Origin: Rebecca billardiae RCC1528
Taxonomy: Eukaryota; Protista; Haptophyta
Assembly (NCBI GenBank): GCA_965240325.2
Contig: OZ251223.1
Span: 806,001-870,000, forward strand
Reading direction: 5' to 3'
DNA: 64,000 nt
Below, piece after piece: positions 9,642 to 21,017 of this stretch (the stretch's first letter is position 1; each line of letters opens with the position of its first letter). Made by a program: the position numbers and the translations under genes. The notes below the pieces were generated by a model. The model worked only from the letters and a program-made list of their open reading frames with translations. It had not been told where the DNA came from and made no database searches.

Positions 9642-12569
9642 ATGACTGAGTGCATTGGCGTGCCGCTTGCCCAAGAGTGGTCCTGGTGAGCGCTCGAGGG
9701 ACGCGCGCCACCTGAACGTCGCGCCGAGCCGCGATGCGCGGCGTGAGGACTGGCCGTGACTGATTGGTCGCCGTGCGCTCACGGGTGCGACTGCGCCGCA
9801 GGGATTTCATCGGCGTGGGCTACTTTGCCAGTGTCTTCGGCGCCTTCGTCGGGCTGAGCACGATCACGTACGCACTCACCGTCCTCAAGCATCCCGCGTT
9901 TGCGCACTGGTTCTACGTGTTCGTCGCGTCGTCGGGAATGTCGATCGGAGGCAGCTCGATCTGGACGATGCACTTCGTCGGTGCGCGGACGAGCGCGCGG
10001 TGTTTGCGCCCGTGGGTCCGCGCTTTTCGCTGCCCCGCGGCACGTGCTCCCAAAACTGACGCGATGCACGTGGCGCGCGGCGAGCGCGCCCCCGCCGCTC
10101 GCCTTCCTGGCTGCAGGTATGAGGGCGCTCACGGTGGTCCGCTGCGATGGCGTCCACGTGCCCATGAAGCACAACGTCGTGCTCACGGTCATCTCTCTGG
10201 TCGCCGCGGTCGTGACCGGCGCCTTCTGCATGTACCTCGTCATGCCGATGAAGCCCGCCAAACTGGACGACGATCTGGAGTCGGCCGAGAAGACGAGGCG
10301 GCGCAGTGACAAGCTGGAGTACTGGCCAACGCCGTTCACCTTCCGCGGCACGATTGTGAAGATCGTCAAGTTCGACCTGGTGCGCTTCGTGGGCGCGACG
10401 GTGACGCTCATGGTGGGCGTGTGCGTGATGCACTACATGGTGCGCGCCGTGCGCGAGCCCGCACGTCCGCAACTGCTCCTGCTCGCCTCGAGCGGCTCGA
10501 GCTGGCTCGCACCGCCCTTCTTCCGTGCGGCCTCATCTGTCTCCGCTCGCTTGCCCGACCGCCCACCTGCCTGCGGCGCACCAGGGCATGATCGCGCAGC
10601 AGGGTCCGTACGTCAAGCACTTCTCACCCGGTGTGATCATCGCCTCCGTCGTGATCGCGCTCGTCGCGTCCGCCGCCGGCCTCTTCATCGTCGTGCAGGT
10701 GGCCGTGATGGGCCAGGTCAACTCGATCGGCCCGCGCACGGTCGCGGCCGTGGTCATCGGCGTCGCGGTAAACGCGATGCACTATACCGGCATGCTCTCC
10801 GCGACGTACGTGTATACGGGCGACGACACGACCGTGCTCGCCCACGGCTTCGGCCCGACGATGACTGTCGACCCGCTCGCGGTGTGCATCGTCGCGCTCA
10901 CCGTCGGCATCATGCAGCTGGTCGTCTGCCAGCACTACTCGGAGAAGCTGTACGTGCGGCAGCAGGCGATCAACGACGCGCTCGCGCGCAAGCTGCCCAA
11001 GGACGTGAAGGAGAAGCTCAAGAAGATCTACGACGCGGTGCTGCCCAACGAGGGCGGCTCCGTCGCCAACTACATCCCGGAGCTCGCCGCCGCCGACCCG
11101 AACAGGTTCGGGATCGTGATCTGCGACGTGAACGGGGAGGTCCACGCGGTGGGCGACGCGCACGAGCCGGTCACGATCCAGTCGTGCTGCAAGCCAATGC
11201 TGTACATGCTCGCGCTCGAAATGGCAGGCATCGAGGCCGTGTCGGCCAAGATCGGCACCGAGCCGTCCGGCCAGCCCTTCGACGCACTCAGCATTGACGC
11301 CACCGACAAGGCATACAACCCGTGCGCGCGCGCGCATGCGTCGCGCGCGCGCGCTCGTGCGAGCAGGCACGGCCAGGGCAGGGTGGCCGGCGCACCGCGC
11401 CGCGCGACCGCCACGCGCACGTCCGACACGCTCGCCGCGTGCTCCCCGCGCCGCCACCGCCCGCCGCCTCGCGTCGCAGCTTCGTGAACGCGGGCGCGAT
11501 CGCGAGCGCGGGCATCCTCCTCTCCACGCCCGGCGGCGCAGAGGACGCCGACGGCTTGTACAGCATCGCCGGGGCGGTGTGTCGGGACATGTCGAAGGAG
11601 GGAGTGCGGCAGCGCCTCGACCAAAAGGTGTTCGCCTCCGAGTCAGAGACGAACTCCAACAACCGGTGGATCGCCGAAGAGCTGGGCAAAAAGAAGATCG
11701 TCGAGGGCAACACCACCGCAGCGCTCGACGCGTACACGATGGCGTGCTCCATGATCACGACGGCGGAGGACGTCGCGGTGATGGCCGCGACGCTCGCCAA
11801 CAGCGGCCGCAACCCACTCACGAAGGAGGAGATCTTCGACACAGAGATCGTCGAGCACACGGTGACCGTGATGATGTCGTGCGGCATGTACAACGGTGCG
11901 GGCAAGTGGATCACCGACGTCGGCATCCCGGCCAAGTCGGGCGTCGCCGGCCTCGTCATGGGCGTCGTGCCCGGCGTGTGCGGCATCGGCATCTTCAGCC
12001 CGCGGCTCGACGGGAACGGCAACTCGACACGCGGCGTCGCGGTTGCCAAGATGGCCTCGGAGCTGCTCGATCTGCACGTGCTCAAGAAGCAGAAGAAGCA
12101 GGGACCGCTGTGCCCCTCGCCCTCGAAGAACAGGCGCAGCACTGAGGACTCGGCCAGCACCTTCTCGTCGCAGGGCAGCGTGGACATGCACGGCGACTCC
12201 CTCCAGAAGACGCAGACGAACGGCGGCGGCCCGCGCGTATCGGCTACCGGCAGCAAGAGTGGCGAGCGTCTGGCCGCCGCCGACGCGTCCGGCAACGGCA
12301 CGTCGAAAGTCCGCTACGTGCGCAAGTCGGCGCGCGGGAGCGTTGAGGGCCCCTCGCTATCGACGAGTAGGGCCACGAGCCCTGCGCGTACGCCGTCGCA
12401 GACGCCGTCCCCTCCACCCACGTCGGCTGCGACGGTAGCGCCCGTGGTACCAGCGCACGGCGCGCCCGCGGAGGACCCGGTCATCCTTTTCAGCGCCGCG
12501 GATGCGCCGGTGACGGCGCGCGTCACGCCGTCGCCGGCTGTTAAGCCAACTGCGGTCGAACGAACCTGA
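9642..12569 (+). CDS. MHYT membrane-sensor domain fused to glutaminase (790 aa; exons 9642-9685, 9802-9980, 10117-10439, 10585-11321, 11480-12569)
   Basis: Four GT-AG introns give a 2373-nt in-frame CDS. The N-half has multiple hydrophobic helices with IWTMHFVGM, VCVMHYMGM and VNAMHYTGM. The C-half has glutaminase motifs ANYIPELA, IQSCCKP, GTEPSGQPF, NPFVNAGAI, CGMYNGAG, GIPAKSGVAG, FSPRLDGNGNS. Both domains meet inside exon 4. Confidence 0.92.
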
Positions 12570-13057
12570 ACCGGAATAAACATCATGAATGAACGTCTGA
12601 GAAGTCATCCGGCATCCGCCGTAGTCTAATCACAGCAGGCTACAGTAATCCGGCAGGGCCTGCGCTCTAGCCTCTGCAGTACTGACCACAGTCCGGCGCA
12701 CCGTCGTCGTCGCCGAGTCGTCGTCTGCGCCGGACTGCCTGCGCGCGCGCGCGACTCTGCTGCTGACGACGATCGGACGATGGCATTCGGACTGCGCGGA
12801 TGCGACGACGACGTGACGCTCTTATACATAACGACGTGGTATGCGACGCTCTTATATTGTCAGCGTGACTCATGTAATGACGATGTGAGTCGCGTGACTC
12901 ATTTATAACTATGCATGCATGATGATGATCGAGTCGGTGAATAATCCGCCATATCGCCGGCGGATTCGCGGCCCGATTAATGCGCACGTCTGAAAGTCTG
13001 CTGGACGCCTGCTGGTCGTAGCAATAAATTCTATATATATGTATTAGCTACATAAAA

Positions 13058-13470
13058 GGCGCGCTCACTCTCCAAGCCCCTCTTCTGCAGCTGCGCGCCG
13101 CTTGGCCGGCGCGCGGCGACGCGTACTACGACCTCATCCTCATCCAGGCGCCCACGCGGGCGCACGGGGGCGACAGCCGCGGCTGCCGTCTGCCGCAGCT
13201 GCTCGCCGCTAGGTCGGCGGGCGGCGACATTGACTACGACCTCACCCTCATCCAAGTGCTCCGGAAGGCGCTCGGCCGCGGCGGCATCTGCCGTCGCCGC
13301 CGCGTGCCCCAGGCCGAGGCGGTGCTGAGGTGCTCCATCCCGGCCCTGCTCCCTCAGAGGGGCAGGGCTGCGGGTGGCGCACTGCCTGACCTGGTTGGAA
13401 GGCGCGGACGCATTCTATGTGTCTGCTGCACTCTGAGCCTGACGCTTGCCCGTTGCATACCACGTCGTTA
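13058..13470 (+). mobile_element. 5'-truncated non-LTR/SINE-like element (family X) ending ...CCACGTCGTTA(TA)n
   Basis: Highly similar to 44124-44527 and, reverse-complemented, to 63835-64000. Flanked by TA-rich runs on both sides. Confidence 0.8.
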
Positions 13471-13918
13471 TATATATATTATTATTTATATATATAATGA
13501 CCGCGTTCCGCGGTCCTTTTCCGTAGAACGAACGTAGTTCGGGGCCCGCGGTGGCGGTGCACCCTCCGTCGCGCAGTCGTCTAACTCTATTCAATTTCAC
13601 TATTGTCCGATTCGGACAGACCTGAGGCTGAGAGTGAGACCAGTAATGGCACGGTTGGCATGCCCGTACAACTACTGATGTAACGATTTTTTTCCGGCGG
13701 CGCTACCATCGGCGACGGCTTCATGGGCGGTGACAGCTGGCGGGCGTCAATCTCGCCTGCCTGAGCTGTGTGCGTCTCTTATTCTTAGTAAACTGTAGCA
13801 GTAGACTCCAGCGGCGCGCCGCCGCCTCGGCCGCGCCGGGCCGCCGGGGCGCCCGGGGCCGGGCGGGCCCAGTCGCAGCCGCCGCCGCGGCGCCGATATT
13901 GTGTACAGGCGGATGCGA

Positions 13919-14220
13919 CGAGGCGTGATCGACGCATGAGCGCGACTCCACGTGCACGCCAGGCCACGCGGAGCAGACAGCCAGGGAGCACGGTGCGGGG
14001 CCGCGGATTCGTTCGGGCCGCTGCGCCTGCTGCTGACCGCGCTGTCCCGTCACCGCGCGCCGGCAGCGGCCACGGGATAGATGATTTGCACTGGTCCGAG
14101 TAGGGTTCGACCAGCGCCTGCGCGACGGCCGACAGGCGGGCGCGAGGCGTGATCGACGCATGAGCGCAACTCTACGTGCACGCCAGGCCACGCGGAGCTG
14201 ACAGCCAGGGAGCACGGTGC
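13919..14220 (+). repeat. ~78-bp direct repeat pair (13919-13996 and 14143-14220)
   Basis: cgaggcgtgatcgacgcatgagcgc...ccagggagcacggtgc occurs twice with few mismatches. Confidence 0.85.
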
Positions 14221-15187
14221 CGCGGTGCGAGGCGAGGCCGCGGATTCGAGCCGAGCAGCCACAGCACCGGTGCCTTCGCGCGCGCCGCGCGTGGACCGGG
14301 TGACACACCTCGGTCAGGCTCGGCACGCGTCGCAGAGGCACGGCCAGCTCTGGGAGCGTCGCGCACCACCGTCGCCCGCGCTGCTCGTCCTCCTATGTCC
14401 GTCCGTCCAGCGCTAGACAGACTTGCCGGCGCGGGCTGATGACCCAGCCATTTCAACTTTCATGCAAGCATGCCGCTCTGCGCATCGATGGGACACGCGT
14501 GCGGAGGCGCGTGGCGGCGCACTCGAGGTGAGCAGGGCGCGAGGGGAAGACTGACGTCCGCGGGACCCCGCCACCACTGCCCGCTGCCCAGGCGCCGTGT
14601 GTCACGGCAGCGTACAGACAGTACCGTCGCCTGCTCGGTTAGTCCGTCTTCCGTGGGAGACCCCGGGAAGGCATGACGAGGGGGGCGCGTCCACGGTGAA
14701 GTCGGAGACTCAGATGTCGATCAGTCCGCCATCAGGCGCCGCTGCCCCCGTGCTTGCGAGAGCCCGAAAGGGCGGCTCGGGCCTGCCGCGGCCGGTCGCG
14801 GGCGGCACGCGCGGTGCACGATTCCGCGCGCAGGCATCGATGATCGATCGATAGGGCGGCGGGGGCGCGCGGAGTTCAGAGTGGGCGGGGCACGAACGCG
14901 ATGTCGACGGCCGTCGGGGCCCACCACAGCCGCGCGCTCCAGACGCCACTCGCCGCGCGCACCTCGTGAGACGTGCTCGGCATCATGTCCACGTGAGCGG
15001 CAAAAAAGTGGCCTCGAGCCTGCTCAGGCTAGCTCTTAAAGTGCGCACAACTGGCTCGCCAGAGGGCAAAAGGCCAATAGCTACTCCCAATTCCCGAAGG
15101 CTGATGATGAATACGCACACGTGCGCCTGATGAATATCGATGATATTTTGCTCGACCCCGTAGCAGTCCATGAACCATATATATATT

Positions 15188-15388
15188 ATAATGTATGAAA
15201 ACGAAGCGGTGCAAATGTTGTTCTCCAGTAGTGGATACGACCCCGACGAAGCGATTTTATGCCTGCGTGAACCATACAGCATATATGGTTCATAATGTAT
15301 GAAAACGAAGCGGTGCAAATGATGTTCTCCAGTAGTGGATACGACTCCGACGAAGCGATTTTATGCCTGCGTGAACCATACAGCATAT
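15188..15388. repeat. 104-bp AT-richer tandem duplication
   Basis: ataatgtatgaaaacgaagcggtgcaaatg... at 15188 and 15292; a partial third unit near 15400. Confidence 0.9.
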
Positions 15389-16059
15389 GAATCAGTGGTG
15401 ATTACGACCCCGACGAAGCCAATATATATCGGTTGGTTACTTCGCTGATCCCGTATGGACGTGCGAAAATAGCCTCAAAGAAGCTGACGCTTGTATTGGA
15501 CTTGTAACCGTCCTACTTCACACAGAAGTGAACTCTCACGCCCGGCCGTCCACGATTGATTAGGGGAATGTTGTGGGCGCGGTTTTTTTCTCCGTGATGC
15601 ACCTGTAGAGAGGGTCTCAAAATTCGAAACTCGGTCTCCGCCAGCCCTAAAAATCGGCCCCCGCGTCCCTTTTTCTTGATCAAAGATCTTTTTGAAACGT
15701 GGTTCGGGCCCACTGGTGCGGGCTCCACGCTGCGCGCTCCGCCCTGCACCGCGGGCCATTATTATATATATAATTATATATATATATAATATATGCGATT
15801 TTAATGAATTAATTTTGATGCGATGGGGTTTGGTCGTCCGGCTTCAACCCTGAGTCGAGTGGCTCGCCATCAGGTGTCAAACACACACCGCCCTCGCGCT
15901 AGCTCCCGACGAGGCTCACGCGCGCACAGCTCGGACGGCGGATGAGGCTGGCGCGCGCCGGCGCCCCCGGCGGCGGCGGCGGCGGGTCAGCGGCGGGGCT
16001 ACTCGGACTATGTAGTCTCCTGCGGGGCGCGCCGCGCCAAACGACAAGCGCGAGTGGGA

Positions 16060-19000
16060 TTAATAGTACGGCTCGTCCACAGGACGGAGGAAGTCCTCCA
16101 CCTTCGACCAGAGCCGTTCCCTGTACCGATCCACCGACTGCTCGAGCCTGGCCTGCTCGATGGACTCGCGCCAGCCCGCCAAGGCGCGCGCGCAGCACGC
16201 GCTGTCGACGGGCGCCAGGTGGGTGAGACACAGGATGCCCGTGCGGGGCGAGTGCCGGTGGGGGAGCCGATCACGGCGGCGTCAGTGCCAGCGAAAAGGC
16301 GCACGCACGCGCGCTCATCGCGGGTGTGCGAGGGTCGGCGCCAGCCGGGCGCGCGGCGGCGCGCACCGAGCGTGCAGCACATCCGCGCGTGCGTTCTGCT
16401 CGCCGCGCCTCGCGTGCCAGTGCGCGCGCAGAGCGCCCCACACGCGCGACAGCAGCCGCCCGCTCCACGCGCGTCGAGCGCGCGCCTCCGCCGCGCGGGC
16501 GAGCGCTGGCAGCCGAGCGAGCTGGCGCCACGAGCGCGTGAGGGCGAGCGGTCTCGTGCGCACCGCCGCGCTGTGCAGCTGCACCCACGCGCGCACGGCG
16601 CGCACGGCGCGCCGAGCGCGCGCGGCGCGACCCCACGCGCGGAGCACGCGCGCGCGCGCTCGGGCGAGCCCAGCCGCCAGCGCGAGTGCCCGCCTCGCCG
16701 CGGCGGCCCGCACGCATGTCCGCCAGGGCCGCAGCCCGTAGAAGAGCAGCAGCGCGCGCAGGGCGTGCACGCGCGCCAGCTCGAGCTGCTCGAGCCGCAC
16801 GCGCCGCTCGAACGCCTGCTGCGCGCGCTGCATGGCGGACACGCGCTCCTGCGCGCGGCGCTGCATCTTGGCGCGCACGACCTCCTCCAGCGCCAGGCGC
16901 TCCGCCTCGAGCCGCGCCTCCTCCTCCGCGCGCTGCCGCTCGCGGTACCGCTCCTGCAGCGCCTCGCGCCGCTGCTGCCGCTGCGCGGCGCGCGCCTCCA
17001 TCGCGCTCGCGCGCCGCTGCTCGGCGGCGGAAGGGGCGCTGCGCGAGCTGAGGGGCGCGCCGGCCGACGCGCCGCGGCTGCGGGCGGTAGCAGCGCCGGG
17101 CGCGCCGCCGGGCTCGCTCGCGCCGCTGCTCGACGCGGGCGCCGTGCCGGCACCCACGGGGTCGTACGCACACGCCGACTGCCACGCGGCGCTGGGCGGC
17201 CGAGCGGCCGCCGCGGGCGCGAGCGGCGTGCGCTGCGCACGCGCGAGCGCCTTCGCGCACGCCTTGCCACGCGTGGGCTCGACATGCGCTGCCGGCTGGC
17301 CGGCCGTCGCGGGCGGATCCGGTGTCACCTCCTCCGCCTCGACCGCACGCGCGGCGGCGGCCTGCGGCGGCGAGCTGAGCGCGGCCGCCGCCGGCAGCGC
17401 CTCATGCGCGCCGGGCGGTCGGGTGGCAGCCGGCCGAGCACCCCGCGGCGCACGCGGCGACGGCGCTGGCGCGTGGTGCTCGTGGTCGTCGAGGCGCTGC
17501 GCGCCGGCCGCGACGGCATCGTCTTGCGCCTCCGGCCCGCCTGGCTCTGCGAGGCCGTCGGCGGCTGCGGCGCCGGGCGCCGACGCGTCGCGGTCCGCGC
17601 CGTGCACGCGGCGCGCGTGCGCTCCGAGCGCGCGCGCGAGCTGTGTGCGCCGCTCGGCCGCCGCGGCCTCGAGCGCCTCTTCGGCCCGCCGCATCGCAGG
17701 AAGTGCGAGCAAGGCCGACCACACGCGCCTCGCCACTCGCGCGCGCCACGCCGCCAGCGCGCGCGCCTCCTGCGCGCGCACGACGCGCGTGTGCTCCGCG
17801 TGCACGCTCAGCTGCCGCTCGAGCACGGCCGCGGCCGCCACGCGCTGCCACTCGCGCAGGTGGCGCACGCGGGCGCGCTCGGCGAGCACGCGCGCGGCGT
17901 CGAGCACGCGCGCACGCGCCGAGGCGACGAGCGCGTGGTGCCACGCGCGAAGGATGCTTCGCGCCAGCGCGCGCTCTGCCAGCGGCGCGTGGCGCAGCGC
18001 GGGCGCGGCGCTCGGCGCGGCGAGCGGCGGCGCCGGCGGCTGCGCGCCGCGCCGCGCCTCGATCCGCCCTTCGATCTGACGGCGCTCGAGGTGGAGCGCG
18101 TCGAGCTCATGCTGCATACGCTCCCGCTCGTGCTTCCGCTCGACGCGGGCGATCTCCTGCTGCCGAGCGGCGTCGACGCGGGCGCGCTCGTCCGAGAGCT
18201 CCGCGCGCAGGCTGACCAGGTCCGCCTCCGCCACCGCCGCGCTCGCGCCCGCGCCGGCGCGCGGCGCGGATGGCGTCGCGGCGCGCGCGGTGGCGCTCCC
18301 CGGCCGCGTGCGCTCGGCGGGCCGCGCGTGCAGCCGTGCGCCGCTCGCGCATGCGCCGTCGGGCTCGGCCGGGGAAGGCGAGGGCACCCGCGGCGCGCTG
18401 CGGCCGCTTGCTCGGCCCGCGGACGCCGCCCGATTCGCACGCTGCAGCGAGAGGTGCGCAGCGTGCAGCTCCGCGTGCTGCTCGATGCGCGCATCGAGCT
18501 GGCGGTGCCGGCGCTCGAGTCTCTCGCGCGCAATCCGCTCCGCTCGCAGCTGCATCGACGACAGGCCGCTCGTGGCGGTGCGCGCTGCGCCCGCGGCGGC
18601 GGACAGGCTGAAGCCGCCGGGGGCGGCCGCGGCCGCGGCACCGCCAGGCTCGACCGACGACGCCGTGGGTGCGGCGTGCGCCGAGCGTGCGCAGAGTGGC
18701 TGCGACGAGAACAAGGTCCCAGACACGTTCGTGCCCGCGCTCGCCCCGGACGGGCGCTCCGGTGGGATGGGCACCCGCTCCGAATGCATCCGCGTGCGGT
18801 GCGCGCTGCTCTGCGTCTTGCGCAGCAGCGAGGGCGGCACGACGAGGTCGCGCGCCGCGCGCGCCGCGGCGCTTGGATCTGCGCGCGAGGCGGAAGACTG
18901 CCATCGAGGTCCATCGAGCGACGCCTCGACGTGCGCATGCGTGTCCCCACTGGGCCGCGTGAGGCGCGACGCGCCGAGCGCGGGCATCGCCGCGTGTGTG

Positions 19001-19170
19001 GACGGGCCCTCGCTCGCTGCGGCGCCCGCCGAGCCGGCTCCGTTGGCCGCGCCCGACGTCCAGCGGCGGAGGAGCTGGCGCGCAGCGATCGCCGTCTCGA
19101 GCCGCCCCTCCTCGCCCTCGGCAAGGGACGGCGGCAGGTGCGACGGCAGCACGGGGTCGACGCCGCTCAT
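16060..19170 (-). CDS. Coiled-coil protein with Sfi1-like Trp repeats, CCDC191/KIAA1407-like (exons 19170-16367, 16201-16060)
   Basis: Long coding-like ORF with periodic LRAW/REW/RSW motifs, AMEARAAQRQQRRE coiled coil and LLFYGLRPWR. The spliced last exon reads ...RYRERLWSKVEDFL..*. Family assignment is from recalled motif resemblance. Confidence 0.65.
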
Positions 19171-21017
19171 GACTTCGTCGTGAGGATTCAAACCGTGCGT
19201 TCGTCGAACCGCGCGCCGCGCTTCGCCGCCGCGGCGAAACTTTCGTCAGCTTGATGGAATACCCCCGCGAGAAATTCAGAAGAGACGAATTTAGAGACGC
19301 AGGCGGGGCGCGGGCGGGCGCCACGGCACGTACGTGCCCTCTGGACGGGCATTGATGAGCCGTGGCGAGGTCGCCAAATCGCGTGGCGTGGTCCCAGAGC
19401 AGGCTGCTACCTGCCCTGACCAGCTTGCTAGCCCTGCCGGTCGTTGATCACACCGCCGTTGACAGGCGCGCGGCACGCCACGCGTATATTAGTCTAGCAC
19501 GGCTAAAATCCGCGAGTCGACTGGCGTGTCCGCCGACCGGCGTTCGCATGACTACCGCGCAGCCAACATTGATCGTCAGACTCACGACTTGTGGGGTCAG
19601 ACAGAACATTGACAGGTCTGCACCCTCGCTTGGCATGCCCCAGAGGTCAGCACGGACATCAGAAGGGTCCGGGCCCGGGCCGCATCCTGACGCGCAGCCT
19701 CACGCCGCGCCGGTGTCACAATAATGGGGCGTCGATGCCACGTGGACGTGGACGTGAGAGTGGTCAAAAAGTCGCGGAAGGGAAGCCGCTACCCAGCCCC
19801 ACGTGCTCGTACGACGCTGACCGGCGTGTGGCACGCCCCCCGGTCCCGGGCACGCGCCTTGGATCCATCGATAGTCCCCCTCGGGGCGCCAGTCCGGCTC
19901 AAAAGCCTTGCCGCGATCCGCGAGATGGCTGCCCATCGCTCCCAGCGTGGGCCATCTCTCGCACAACGAGGGAGCGCCCACCCGGACACCACGGGCGCGA
20001 CGGCGCGTGTGGCGTTACGGGTTGTGTGGCATGCACGTGCATGAGGTATCTATGCACATTGGCGCCTGCAATCTACCTCCACTGTCGCTTGGCATGTGCA
20101 AGCGACCGCTGCTGTGATCTTTGATCGGACGCCTGCCCGCACGGCTCCCTGCTCGGTTTCTTACCCTGCGCTCCTGGATGGGTGAAAGTGAGCAGTGCAC
20201 GTAGCCTTCAGAGGGAGGCTGCCAGCGCGTGCGCGAGCTCTCGAGCCCATCCGATCCTTGCAGACACCCCCAAGAAGAGCTCCAGAGCCATACACGACAG
20301 AAGCTGCAGAAAAATCCCAATTCAAAAAGCAATCACCGTCATGCCTGGTATACTACCACGGGAACGGAGACGCTGGCCCTGGAGCGGCGAGCGAAGCTAC
20401 AGGCGAGCTGCGAGCGCTGACGGCGTTCCATGAAAGATACGCAAGCATGCACCACCCACAACTCCGACCTCCCCCGGCGTTATGCACTTGCCTTTGCCCG
20501 TGCACGGTCGGCGTGCACGTCGATCACTGGCCATGCGGAAGCAGGGACAAGAGGAGCTGGAGAGAGGTGAATACGAGTCGCCCAGCGATGCCAAGGCCTG
20601 AAGAAGAGTCATCTACGACCACCAAACCCCCGCGCCCTGCCGTGCCCGCACTCTCATGCCTCCCATACCTCGGCCCTTGTGCGTCGTGGAAGGCTTTTGC
20701 GGTTTGCCTCAACTGCCGGCAGCCCGGCAGCCATCGTGCCCCGACGGCGAGGGGGACGGCTGTAATATGGGGGTAGAATGATCCCCTGCTGCGGCCTGCG
20801 GAAAGCACGTACTATACGGGGGTAAGATTGCGATTGGGTCGTACTGTAATACCCTTGTATTCATCAGGTTTTCATCCCGACTATCCAAAACGCCGCACAC
20901 ACTACTATGCTGCATAATAAAGGGCGATGAAATGAACTCCGAGCGTTCGCCCGCCCGCCCACAAGCTCCCACCAAGACTCGACCACCCACCCACGGCCGA
21001 GACAACGCCGCGGTGGA

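Noticed and set aside
13497-15760. TA-bounded segment as a single transposon
   Set aside because: Terminal similarity is only ~8 bp and imperfect; only the internal repeats are supported
16054-19254. 1066-aa plus-strand ORF
   Set aside because: Antisense shadow of the minus-strand coiled-coil gene; Arg/Ala-rich non-protein composition
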